Part shown: piece by piece, positions 1 to 16,500 of the stretch
Layout of the letters: each line of letters starts with the position of its first letter
How positions within the stretch are numbered: position 1 is the stretch's first letter
Assembly (NCBI RefSeq): GCF_009914755.1
Contig: NC_060944.1
DNA from: the human T2T-CHM13v2.0 reference genome, Homo sapiens
Length of the DNA: 64,000 bases
Reading direction: 5' to 3' (one strand)
Translations under genes and position numbers: made by a program
The notes under the pieces: generated by a model
Told to the model about the DNA's origin: nothing
Database searches by the model: none
What the model saw: only the letters and a program-made list of their open reading frames with translations

Positions 1-358
1 CTTGAAGATGTTGTTCATTCTTATTCTTTTTTTTTTTTTTTGTCTGACTGGATAATTTCAAAAGACCTGTCTTCAATTTCTGAGATTTGTTTTTCTGATT
101 ATTCTATTATTAACGATTTCAATGTATTTTGTATTTCTTTCAATGAATTTTTTAGTTCCAGATTTTCTGCTTGCTTTTTCTTTAAAATATTGATCTCTTT
201 GGTAAATTTCTCAGTTCTTATCCTGAATTGATTTTCTGATTTCTTTGTATTTGTTTCTAGATTTCTCTTGTATCTCATTGAGCTTCTTTCAAATCAATAT
301 TTTGTATCCTCATGTGGCATTTTGAGCAATTCTTTTTGTATTAGGGTCTGTTGATGAA

Positions 359-769
359 TGTATTAGCATGTTCTTGCATTGCTAATATCTGAAACTGGGT
401 AATTTATAAGGAAAAGAGGTTTAGTTGGCTCACAGTTTTGCAGACATTACAAGCAGCTTAGTAACATCTGCTTCTGGAGGAGCCTCAGGAAGCTTCCAAT
501 CATGGCAGAAGGCCAAGGGGGAGCACACACATCACATGGTGAAAGCAGGAGCAAGAGAACAAAGGGGAGGTGTTACACACTTTTAAATGAACAGAACTCA
601 TGAGAACTCACTCACTATTATGAGGACAGTACCAAGAGGAATTGTGCTAAATTATTCATGAGAAATCCACTCCCACGATCCAGTCACCTCCCACCAGTCT
701 CCACTTCCAACCTTGGGAATTACATTTCAGTATGAAATTTGGGCAGGGGAACACATCTGAATCATATTA
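359..769 (-). mobile_element. MaLR solo LTR (MSTA/MSTB-like)
   Basis: tgtattag...catatta termini; typical MST/THE1 motifs ctgggtaatttataaggaaaagaggttt, gaagcttccaatcatggcagaagg, catgagaactcactcactat. Confidence 0.85.
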
Positions 770-873
770 CTGGACAATTGTTGTGGTCTTTTGGTGGTGT
801 CATATTTCCCTGCTTTTTTCATGTTTCCTGTGTCATTCTATTGATATGTACACATCTGGTGTTCCAATTTTTA

Positions 874-3733
<2,860 letters not shown>

Positions 3734-6700
3734 AGATAAATATGTTTTCCTAAGGATATATGTATGTTGTTGACTGCAGAAATTACTCTGGCTTTGATTT
3801 TGTGTGCCTGTTGTAGTGTGATCTTTTTATGACTTCTTTGGCAGTACATAGGTCAGTGGTTTCTGTGATTTCCTCAGCGGCTTAGGGTGCAGTTACTAGT
3901 TGAAATTGTGCTGAAGTTTAGCTGGGGACTTGGACACCAATGACCCAGTCTTTGGGCCCTGGCAGTGGCAGTAGAGGGGCAAGTGTGCCTGTTTTTAGGC
4001 CAGCAGCCTAAACTCAGCTCAAAAATTTATGATCAACGAAGGCATAGAATTCTCCAGAAAAGTTAAAAGCACAAAGTCATTATGTCTGTGAATATTAAAT
4101 AAATTAATTAAAGCATTTTAAATGTCTGTCTGCATTTTATGCTCTGAGGGAGGATAATATCAGAACAAAGTTCAATTGCTTTTAATTAGTGTACACAGAA
4201 AAAAATGCGTTCCTTCACCTTTCAATTTCCCACTTGGAAATATCCCTCCAAATTTAATATTTGACACAGTTAATAGCTATGACTTGCAGTCTCTTTGCTG
4301 TAATACACATGGAAATAATGGGTAAAAATAAAACTTTCAAGCCTTTAGTAAAGATGTGTGTCTACTAATTGATGTCTTCTTGGTTGGGATGGTCAGAAAA
4401 AATAAACAAAATAGAAACTAAAAATTTTCCTGTAGTATTTTTAGGGTTTTTCAAAATTGGTAGCACACAATTTGTGATCAAGTCTCTCCAGCTATTTTTC
4501 TGCCTCCTAATTCAGCAGCGATACTTTCCCTGCCTATGTTTTCCCCCAGGGCAGCTGAGAATTAAATGTCTCAGAATTAGCATTATGCTTGTCAACAAGA
4601 GTTGTACTTTCAGCTGCACCCCACACTATGTTTAATTTCTAGAGAATTGTTGATGCACTGCAGTAAATCAGTAACATCTGATGCTTATCTAGTTATTCTT
4701 CTGGCATTTGTGTATTTTAAAAAGATATGTTTATGAAACTAATTTTAGTGAAAATGAGTTTTTATTTTCTAAATGTCATCTGACTTTTTGAGGTTGCCAC
4801 TTATTGTCATTTGTCAATCAACCTCCCTCAAGTTGACACCCAAAATGCTCATAATTACTTTTGTTTTTATGACCAATCATAGGTCTTACAAGGTTCCTCA
4901 GCTAATATGGAAAAAATGTATGTTTAAAATGACATTTTGATTAATATAAAACAAAACAGTTTTTAAAAATAGATTTTATTCTTAAATCTACAGAAGGCAA
5001 AGTGAAAAGATTACTCACTATTCAAATAATATTATTTATAAAATAAAACCACTTTAAAAGTTAAATCTTGTGATGAAGGTAAAAGAATACATTTTACCAG
5101 ACTACTTTTTTCCCCTCAATGGAACATATTCATTCTATACAAATAGTTCTTGGGTTCTTATAAATGACTTCTGTCTTTCATTATATGCCTTATCTCTTCT
5201 TCAGATGTCTGATCTAACCCCACATATGTTATGATCGTCTTTTTTTGCCTAGTGCATTTAATGGTGTTATTTTCCCCATCATTATCCATGATCATGTCTA
5301 CACTTTGGGACTTATGATATTGAGAACAGCCTAAAATTAAAGTCAGTAAAATGAGAGTGAACTTAATTTGCATTGTCTGTTCTCTGAGAATAGCTTTACG
5401 CTTAGCCCTAGCAATCTCTAGTTGTCACTTCTCATAGTCTGAGCTAAAAAGTGTTCAGATTTTATATTTTTAGTGTATCAAATAAAACTCAATTATTTTT
5501 TGCAGTCTGACCAAAGTGTAAGTAACTTCCATGGATTTTTAATTTATTTTATTTCTCCCAGTTTGTCATCCTGTTATTGCAAATTCCATGAGTTTTTTCA
5601 TAATAAATTTGCCAGAATCATTAGAAGAAATTAACGATGCACAGTTTAAAATTTGCATAAAATAAAACACTTTTGATATATTGAAGACAACAATCAGTTC
5701 AGTTTTGTCAATTGAGATATATTTTTTAAATATACAATAAAAATAATTTATTATTAAATGTAATTATTTGTGCACCTTTTCCATGGGGACCATGGTTCTT
5801 TCCTTTCCAGGCTTAGTAGCAATGCCCTCCAGGTTCTCATGGAGAAATACACCATTTGATAATTCAGAAAGTCAAGTCCTTTTCAGTGTGTGATGGCCAC
5901 TTACAGAGGGAAGGGCATGAATTAGAGAGGGTGAGCTCAATATCTGTTGGTAGTGAGAGAAGAAAATACTAACATTATCAATGTTATTTTATCTAACTAT
6001 TTATATCATCTCTTTTCGATACATGGTTTATAACATGGAGTAAACCAATAAAATTACATAAATATAGTTAATAAATCATTGTACACATATTATTAATCCA
6101 TGCCCAACTATTCTGTTACTGGTAATGGAATATAATCCTAATATTTAGAGAACATTAAGCCATTAATTTAATATGATCCTACTATTTCTGGCTCCAAATC
6201 GCTAGTAGAACCAAACTGTGCCAAGGGTGCCACGGTATGCTGGTAGGAGCTCTCTGTTGTTTGGTTCTTGCAGCTAAAATAAATGTGTTATCTTACTAGA
6301 TTAAGCCTTTAAAAAGTAACAATTATTTAATTAACTATACAATGTATGTCTTACAAAATTGTCTATATGTATCAGGTGGCTTTAAGGCAATTTTCTACCT
6401 CAGTCATTTATCAGCCTAGCCTGATTATTAGCCAAGAATGCTGTCAACATTTCTGCTTTGCCTTATATATTTATATTTATGAGACAGTACAGTAATAAGT
6501 GTCCTTGAATATAGAGATGGACACACCTTCATCTCATAATAATCTGAGTGAAGGTGGTGGTTTTCTATTTCTCCATGTCATGAAGCTAAACTGTTATTAG
6601 ATCTGGATTAAATTCAACTGATAAAATAATGATGCCTGAACCCAAGCTAAATAACATGAGACAGTAACTGCATCATTATGCTGTGAAACTTTACAAGATA

Positions 6701-7704
6701 TTCTGGTATTGGAGATATTTGGTGAAAACTTTAGGGGAATTACCTTTACTATTGGAGAGAGTATTTTTCTAGGCATTTGAGAGTATCCCTGCAGTAAGTG
6801 ATGTCTCAGGAAGAGAATCAACATGTGATTATTTAGAAGCAAGTTCATGGTTGTCATGTAGTGACTAAAGTGGCAATTTTTTTCTCGATAATTGAGAGAT
6901 GGCAATCCTGTGCTGAAAGGAAGAGAGTCTCATAAAATATTTCTGGGATGAAAAATAAGCTTGGAGAAAATCAGCATCATTTTTAGGTAAAAGAATTAGT
7001 AGATTACTGGTAAACATAATATAATCTTTAAGGGGCAATAATGCCCCTTAAGTATGTTCATTTTAATTCTCACATACTGAGAATATTTCACAGTTCATGG
7101 CAAAGGAAATATAAGGTTTCGGATGAAATCAAGATTGAGAATCAGCTGATTGAAAATAAGGATATTATCATTAATTATTATAGTGCATTCAGTAGAATTA
7201 CCGAGTCCAAACTCACAGGAGAGTGATGAAGAATGAGATGTATCAAAGTGATGGGATGTGAGAAAGAGTCAACTGGATATTAGCATTTGTTTATTAGTGA
7301 TTCTTTCCTATTAGAATAAATTTTCATTTAATTTAACTGAGCAAATACCATTGAGCAATTTTATATGTTCCTTACCATCCTAGATGCTTAATATAGAATG
7401 CAGGAATATTAAACAACAAGGATATGATTTCTAAAAAGAGAGGCACAGGTATAATAGAAATTTAGAAATTGTGCATCTACACAGGCATAATTATGAATGT
7501 GTTGATGTTTTACATGTATAAGTTATTTGGTGTAGAAAATAGTGCAGAGACTGGATTATGCAGAATTTATATGAGATAGAGTTAACCAAGAAGTGGGTAA
7601 AATTAAAATAATGATGTAATCATTTTGGACACTAAAGAACAAACATTGATAATGTGAGATCCATTGTTTTGTTCCCAGATATATGAAATATGTTTGTCAT
7701 TAAT

Positions 7705-8624
7705 ATGAACACACTTTTCACTTCAGTTATGCCTAAAAATGTTTTTTTTTTCTTCTGAATCTGCCATTGGACTTTCAGACAACACCTTTTTGCTTTTCTT
7801 CCACATCTTCACACTCCTTCAGGATCAAAAACCTAAGCCACATGACTGGATGAGCCGTCACTTGGCCTTCATTCGGGTAGTGATGGTCCTCACTGTAGTG
7901 GATGTTTTGCCTCCAGATATGCTTGAATCACTGCATTTTGGGAATAACTTCAAATGCAAGTCCTTGATCTAAATAAACAGAGTGACGAGGGGCCTATGTA
8001 TCTATACCACCTGTCTCCTGAGTATACACCAGGCCAGCATAATCAGCCTCAGCAACTTCTGGTTGGAAAGCTTTAAACATAAATTTACAAATAACATTGT
8101 CAGTGTCCTCTTTTTTCTTTTTTGTTCCCTCAATTTGTCTTTCAGTAGTGACATAATATTCTTCACTGTGGCTTCTTCCATTGTGACCCAGACCAATCTA
8201 CTTAAGGTCCGCAAATACTGCTCACGTTCTCCCATGAAGTCCATCATGTGGGGAGTGTTTTCCTTGTAGGATTACGCTGCTCTCAAGTGCATACATGATG
8301 ATCTTTTTGTCCAAGCATCAGAGGTGATCCCAGCATCTTCACAGTACCAGCCTTTCCCCAAGATCCTCGCCAGAGAAAAGGGTTACCCAGATCATCCTGC
8401 CACTGGTGAGTTGCTTTGTTGTCATGTACTGGGTGGACCTTATCATCTCATCCTCTTCATCCCTGTTATGGACGTATAACCCAGTCATCCTGAGCATCTA
8501 GAACCTTGTAGCCTGTGTCTATGCCACTCTCGTTCCATTGGTACAAATCCGCTCTGATAAAAGAATAGTTAATATTCTCCAAAAAATGGAATTAAAGTGC
8601 TATAATTTTTTAATGTGTTGGTGA
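7705..8624 (+). pseudogene. Vomeronasal type-1 receptor (V1R/VN1R family) pseudogene
   Basis: Intronless ~920 bp with V1R motifs NTFLLFFHIFTLLQDQKPKP, FKCK..NRVTRGL..TTCLLSI.QA..IS, HQR*SQHLHSTSLSPRSSPEKR, VMYWVD, SDKRI. Stop at 7970-7972, further stops and frameshifts. Confidence 0.92.
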
Positions 8625-9434
8625 TGAAAAATATTTCTAAAAATTAGTCTCATTCTATAGTTAAATTGTTCAAGTAGCCCCAGATTTAGCTTACTGAGTT
8701 TAAATAAAATGCGTGGAATTACACTTTTATTATATTTTTATGCTTCTGAAACTGAGGCATCTAAGGACTATGTAGTTTCTTCAGTTCAATGTTCACCATA
8801 GATTGACATTTCAGATATCAAGTCTTTTGCACTTTTATTTTTATGTTAACTTTGTACAAGAAAATGTTTCTCTCTTTTTGAAGTACATTCTTAAAAAATT
8901 TGTTTTGGTAATCAAATCTCTCAATGTTTTTACTTTTGAAAATATTTACTTACTCTGTTTATGAATGATACTTTAGCTAAATATTCAATTCTAGCTTTTA
9001 AGCCATGCTTGCTCATTGTAACCTCCCTGACTAAAAAAAATTATGTCAATTTGGATTTTAAATTTAATCTAGAATTCATTTTAAAGGGTTTTAAATGAAA
9101 TTTATATGTGGCTAGATACTGTTTTGGTAATACTCGATAGTTTCCCGCCTCTATTGGGATATTATTGACAAAAATTTTGTATATTTATGGTGCACAATAT
9201 GATGTTTTGAGGTATAGACACGTGCACGCAGACACACAAACACACACACACACACACATTGTAAAATTACCAAAATCAAGCTTAATAACATGTCAATTAC
9301 TTCTCATACAAGGGTATTTTTGGTGTATGGTGAGAACATTTGAGATCTACTTCATTAATATAATTTACTTATACAATACATATTATTAATATAGTCTCTA
9401 TGCTGTATACATATATTTATATTAACTTCTCTTT

Positions 9435-9784
<350 letters not shown>

Positions 9785-10874
9785 TGAATATTGCTTCAAG
9801 AAACATAGGAGTGAAGATATCTCTTCAATATGTGATTTTATGTTCTTTGGATATTTAACCATAGGTAGGATTCCTGAATCATATGATAGTTTTATTTTTA
9901 ATTTTTTGATGAATAATCATGCTGTTTTCCATAATGGCTTTACCAATTTACATTCCCAGTGACAGTGTACAAGGTTCCTTTTCTCTCCATCATTGATAAC
10001 ATTTGTTTTCTTTTGAATTTTTAATAAACATTACCCTAACATGTGCTTGAGGTGCTATCTCATTTTGGTTTTGATTTGCATTCTCCTGATGATTACTAAT
10101 GGCTTCTTTGAAAAAGGATCCATTTAGATTATTTGGCTACTTTTAAAAAGAATGTGTTATTTTTATTGTTATTTTTATTTAGAGGGGGTTATATTTTATG
10201 AATTTCTTACAGATTTTGAATGCTAACCCTTTATCTGATATTTGGCTTACAAGTATTTTTCTTCGGTTCTGTGGATTGCCTTTTAAATTGATTGACTGTC
10301 TTTTGCTATGCAGTAGAAACTTTTTAGTTTGATGTCGTTTCATTTTTTTTCTCCCTGGGCTTTTAGTGTCAAATACAAAAAATAATTATTGCCGCAAACA
10401 ATGCCAAAGAATTTTCCCCAATGTTGTTTTCTAAAAGTTTTATGGTTTCAGGTCCAATATTGAAGTCTTTAATCTCTTAAGTTAATTTTTGTGTATTCTG
10501 TAAAAGATGGGTTAAATTTTTTTTGCATGTGTATATCCAGTTTTCCCATCACCATTTATTGAACAGTGTATTCTTTCTTCACTGTATATTTATATATCTT
10601 TGTTGAAAATTAGTTGACTGTGTTCAGATGGATATTTCTGAGCTCTCTATTCAGTTTCATTGGTCTATGTGTCTGTGTTAATGCCAGCATCATGCTGTTT
10701 TGATGACTGTAGCTTTGTTATATCATTTGAAATTAAGAAGTTTGATGCCTTCAGCTTTGTTCTTGCTCAAAATTCTTTGGTTATTTTGGGTCTTTTCTAA
10801 TTCCTTACAAACTTTAGAAATTTTTTATTTTTCTGGAAAATGATATTTTAATTTTGATGGAGATTGCTTTAAAT

Positions 10875-11184
<310 letters not shown>

Positions 11185-11886
11185 GAGATTGCTTTAAATC
11201 TTTATATCACTTTTAGTAGTATGAATGTTTTAATATTAATTTATCCAATCCATGAACACTAAGTTTTTTTTGTCTCTTCTATAATTGCCTTTGCCACTAT
11301 TTTAGAGTTTTTATTGTACAAATCTTTTACCGTCTTAGTTATAAGTATTATTTTTTATGTTATGGCATATGGAATTTTCTTAATTTTTCCCATATATTTT
11401 GTTGTAAGTGTATAGAAATGCAATTTATTGTTTTGTACATTGATATAGTATCCTGCAACATTGCTGAATTAGTTTATTAGTTTTAAAAGTTTTTTTCCTG
11501 TAATGATGAGCACACGGGACTGTGTTTACACACTCATTAATATTCTGTTAACATATCACAGTGCCTAAAAATGTGCTCTGTTGTATTTCTGCGGTGACCA
11601 ATTTAATGGCATCTTTTAGTCCTAATTTTTTTTTCTTTTAAAATACTTTTGTCTGGTATTGTATAATGGTGTGTTACTTTTCAGTTGTGCTACACATTTA
11701 TTTCCAGGCAGAGTTAGTCAAGCTTTCTAATAAAGTTATTTAATACCTTTATGTGCATTTAGTTGTTGTAAGCCAAAACAGTAGATTTTAATGATAGTTT
11801 TAAAGTTACCAAGTAAGATTGAAAATATGTCAATTCATCACTGCTCAAGAATCTCTGGATTCCTCATTTCAAACTCTTACGTATGA

Positions 11887-11913
11887 TGTGTGTGTGTGTG
11901 TGTGTGTGTGTGT
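11887..11913. repeat. (TG)n microsatellite
   Basis: Direct reading. Confidence 0.9.
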
Positions 11914-12439
11914 AATGGCTTAGAATCTTACCTAACATATTGTATGCACTAACCAAGTACTAAAAGACATGATTCATCAAATTATCATCTTTATACCATT
12001 CTTCAAATAGAATATTATTTTCTATTTGTTCTAATTAAAAATTATGTTTGTCTTATTTAAATATCAATGAAAATTAAAAGGTCTACTCAGTCTGCCGCCT
12101 TGATAAAAGCCAAAGCTAAATGGCAGTTTCACTAATATTTTAAATTCAATACCTTATTTGCATCACGATAAATATAAACAGTAAGGATAAAATTATATTT
12201 TAATTACCCATCCTACAATAAAGAGACTTTGAGTCATTCATTAATAGGGCTGAAGCCTTGCTCTGTATTTTTCTGATTTTTCTATGTTAACAGCCTAGAA
12301 AAATTTTTTACACATAGAATACTACAAATTAGAAATTAATATCTTGAAATGTACAAATTATAAAAAACTGAGTAAGTAGAATAGATGAATATATGTTTAT
12401 ATATTATGAATTGTTATATAACAAGCAAAATTATTAATT

Positions 12440-13125
12440 AAAAATATTTTCACAAAGAAAATTCCAGGGCAAAATAGCCTTTATGGAAAACTGTCCCTAT
12501 ATTCAATAAATAATACTAACTCTTCACCCAAAAATATTTTCAAAAATTGAAAAAGAGGGAACATTTTCCAATTTATTCTAGGAGGCCAGTATTTCTGTGA
12601 TACTAAGGGCAGACCCAAATATATGACAGAGAAGGACTATGGACCAATGTGGCATATTTATGTATATACATACATCCCCAGAAAATATAGCAAACCAAAT
12701 CCAGTCACATAAAATATGCATATACACGAAGACCATATGATATTGTTTTATAAATGCAATTGTGACTTAATATCTAAAATTTAATCAAGATGATGCTCAA
12801 TACTAGTAAAGAACAAAAAGTGATAATTTAAATAGGCACAGAGAAAATTTCAAAAATTGAATATCCATCCCTGAGAAAACCCCTAGCAAACTACTAATAG
12901 AAGGAAATTTTGAGACCTACTAAAATGCATCTATTTTTTAAATCTGTAGCTAACATCATACTTAATGGTGACAAACTAGTGTTTTTTTTTTTACCTGAAA
13001 GTTTGGGGAGAAGACAAGAATTTTCACTATAATATTCCAGATTGTAAAATATAAAAGTAGAACTGTATTTATTGTAAATGATACAATTTTCCGTTAAAAA
13101 ATACAAAAAAATTCACTAAAATACC
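12440..13125 (+). mobile_element. Degenerate old L1 ORF2 fragment
   Basis: aaaattgaaaaagagggaacattttccaatttattct..gaggccagtatt and gctaacatcatacttaatggtga resemble the L1 RT region. Confidence 0.65.
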
Positions 13126-13128
13126 ACT

Positions 13129-13517
13129 AAGGCAGACAAATCCAGTTTGTCAGTAGAGGGTGATTTATTGGGGGGACACAGAGAATGAAGCATGATCTTT
13201 GGCAGGTGCAATACAGGTAGATCTCTGCGCCGTAACCCTCCAGACCCAGGACTTATACCCTATAGAAAAGGGCATATGACCAATGTGCCAGACAATTAAA
13301 GTGGACCTTCCAGGAAATGATGAGATTGCTATCTATGTGTGTCATATCCTGTAATTTGTGCCGTAACATCAAGGTTTCTGTTGACCTAGGGGCAGGATGT
13401 GGTCTTATATAAAGAGCAGTAGATAAAGTGGATATCCTAAAGGCATTCCTGGAACTGGGGGTAATCAAAGTCAAATGGCAAATTATAATTCAGGATGGAG
13501 TTACTTTAGTCTTTACA
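13129..13517 (-). mobile_element. LTR47-like 3' LTR (ERVL class); U5 end appears truncated
   Basis: Minus strand starts tgtaaagactaaagtaactccatc, has TATA (ggtataag) and aataaatcaccctctactgacaaactggatttgtctgcct; preceded by polypurine tract aagatgggtggag (13518-13530). Confidence 0.75.
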
Positions 13518-16500
13518 CTCCACCCATCTTATCCACCTGTAACTATCTCAGCATTCTGCTCTTCTGTGATGGTCCATTAGTTTTTGTGGAGAGACTGTAG
13601 GTGACATGTTTTATCACTGTGTTTTTTGCTTATAAGCAGATATAGCAGTAACAATACAGACAACAACAGACAATGACACCTATGACATGTATCAGACACA
13701 GAATTAATAACACTTTCTGCCACCATGTTCCTCAGGATCCAAACCAGGAGGAGAGCCATTGGGAGAAAGGTTAGAGTCAGACACTGTGGTTATTTGTTTA
13801 TGCATGTCTTGTAGGGCTAGAGTTATACTGCTAGAATGATCAGGAATAAATACACAACATTCCGTCTTAATCATGGCAAAAGCTTTTCCTTGTGCAGCAG
13901 TTAATACATCGAATACCATGTAATTTTGTAGAATAGCCTTCAGTATGGGGGTCATCTCAGAGTTCATTAAAAAATACCTTGGAGGCTGTCATTGAGAAAA
14001 AGCTGAGTATAGTTAATGTGTTTTCAATGCCTACAAATGGCACAGAGATTGAAGCTAAATAATCATACCAATAAAAGAAAGCCCTTATCCACCTACTAGT
14101 CACATATGGGAAATTAACAGGTTTATCAGTTTGCTTTTCCCATCATCCTTGGACCAATAGAAAACCTAACATGTAGTGTCCTAGCCATCCCAATGGTGAC
14201 CAAGGCCAGAGATTAAATCCATACAACCATTCAGTACCATTTGGAGCTGCCAATTTATTCCAGGTTGTTGAGATGAGTCTGTAGTAACCCAGTCCATGGC
14301 TTGCAGTATTACAATGTGTTGGCATTGTTCCTGGGACATCCAGCCCTTACTATGGGTATAATTGAGCCATGAGGCGTGGTTTCATTGCTCACATCATAGG
14401 GGCACTAACTGACTTAAATGCCCTATAGCTGGTGTCAGCCAAATGAAACCATCTCAAATTTTAAAAAGACCTTCTTTACAGTGAGAATGTCAAGGTCTTA
14501 TAATAAGACTCATTCCTTAGAATCCTTTGGTTGTGGCGTAGCTCTAGTTACTACATGTTTTTGTGTGGCATTTATTGAAAAGGGCTTTCCATGTCCATAA
14601 CTGTTAAGTGTCTTGTTAATAGGCTAATTACATCACTTCTTGTCACATCTTCTAAAGGTGTATTCCACTGTTGAAGAGACTTGATGAATATCTGTACATT
14701 CTGCAAGTCATTTTTCTGCATAGGTGATACATACCAAGGCATACCAGAGGTGCTGGAATAAAATAACCACAATGCCAGTAGGCATCCTTTTATGAACTGT
14801 CAGCATAATGTTGAGCCCATTGTAGAGAAAATACAGCAGAGCAGCAACAGGAACAGAAGACTATGGGTGTAAATACAAGTGTTTAGCAGTAGTTGAAAGG
14901 GCAGTTCTTTCCCATCAAGCAGAATGATTGTAGTGACTTTGTCCCTGTTAGTTAGGACATAGGCACCCAAAGGATTATGGGCTGGGAGTGCACACCAAAC
15001 ATGGGGCCTAAGGGGTAAATGTGCCAGTATTATCTGTAAAGTTACAGGGACAGCAAAAGACTATGTTAAACCACTGATCAAAGTGTTCTTTAAAAGAAGT
15101 TGTGTTCCAGTGTATTGGTATTTGGCACATTTTTGCCCAGACTCCAACAGGATCAACAGAGACCACTTTAGCTGGCTGGGGAAGTTCTCACTCTCTGGAA
15201 AGAAATAGCCTATCCAACCAGGGGAAATTTGCCAGTCCAACAGTATTCAAGGGCTCCCTTTCTTGGCTGGAGGTCTTGGGGAGTCCTAAATAATACGTGC
15301 CATTGGCCTTTTATCAGCTACAGTAGAAATGGATCTGGTTGGATTTTCTTTACAATGATGGTTAATAGACCCTCCTTTATGGGGATCCTGAATCATTGGT
15401 ATAGTTCCAACCCTATATTTGTTTCAACTGAATTAAGGTGTCTAATGGTTGGAGTCAAAACCTTCACCCAGCCATGCAAAATATTAGATTTTAAGAGTGC
15501 TCACAGTTGAGTCTAGTGCTATTTTTCCTTTCAATCAAACCTGCCACTTGAGGATTACATAATAAATAGAATTCCCAGTCTATATCCTTTTCATGTGCCC
15601 AACCTTGGACATCATGTTCAATGAAATGTGTGCCTCAGTCACTATCAGTGTGTTGAGGATATCCATATATGACACCGAGTTGCTTCAAGCCCTTGATGGT
15701 GGCTGTCTGGTTTGCCCTTTTGCAAGTGAAGGCCTGAAATAATACTATAAGAGTATCCACATATTTTAGTGCATACTTTTGTCTCAAGTTTACTGGCAGG
15801 GATTCGATGTAGTCTCTTTACCAGCTTATCAGAGGGGTAGCTGTCTTATGAATGAGTTCCTATGTATGTGGTGTGTGGTGAGGGCTCAGGTGAGAGCAAA
15901 CTAAGCAGACTGTTATTGCCACCACTAAATCTGCATAGTGGAGGGCAATCATCCTACCTTCGCTATTTGCCAGCCCACTCGTGCACTGTGATGCTCACTA
16001 TGTTCATGTACCCAATCAACTAGCTCAGATGACTGTGAGGAAGCCAATGTTCTAATTTTTGCTAGAGTATCTGCATCCATGTTACCAGGAAGGAAATCTG
16101 ACCAGTGTGCTGAAACACAGTACATGATTAAGCTCACAGTGGGTTCTTGTAGCCTCTCCCAAATGTCGTTTCACATGGCAGCTGGCCATAAGGGTTTTTA
16201 AAGCACATAGCAACCATTTCAGGACCATTGGGAAGCCAAGTTGTAAGACCCTTAAGACCCTATAGTTCTCTGTACAGACAGGCCCACCTGGATAGGCCAT
16301 AACTCATGGATACCAACCAATTATGCACGTTGAAGCTCTGCCCATTGATGGCTTTGTTGCATTCCCTCCTCAATCCAGATAGCATCTGTCTAGTTGTACA
16401 GCTAGAGCCATCCACATGCATGTTACTATGTGTGGCTTGATCTGAATACCAATCATTTTCAAAAATGAGGCCGTGCCTTCATGTACATTGGAAGCATCTC

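Noticed and set aside
5770-5850. ccatggggaccatgg and tctcatggaga as O/E (EBF) sites of a V1R promoter
   Set aside because: Imperfect matches to TCCCNNGGGA that are expected by chance
13704-14860. Env remnant as a domesticated syncytin-like gene
   Set aside because: Fragmented into short frames, CX6CC incomplete, no full-length ORF
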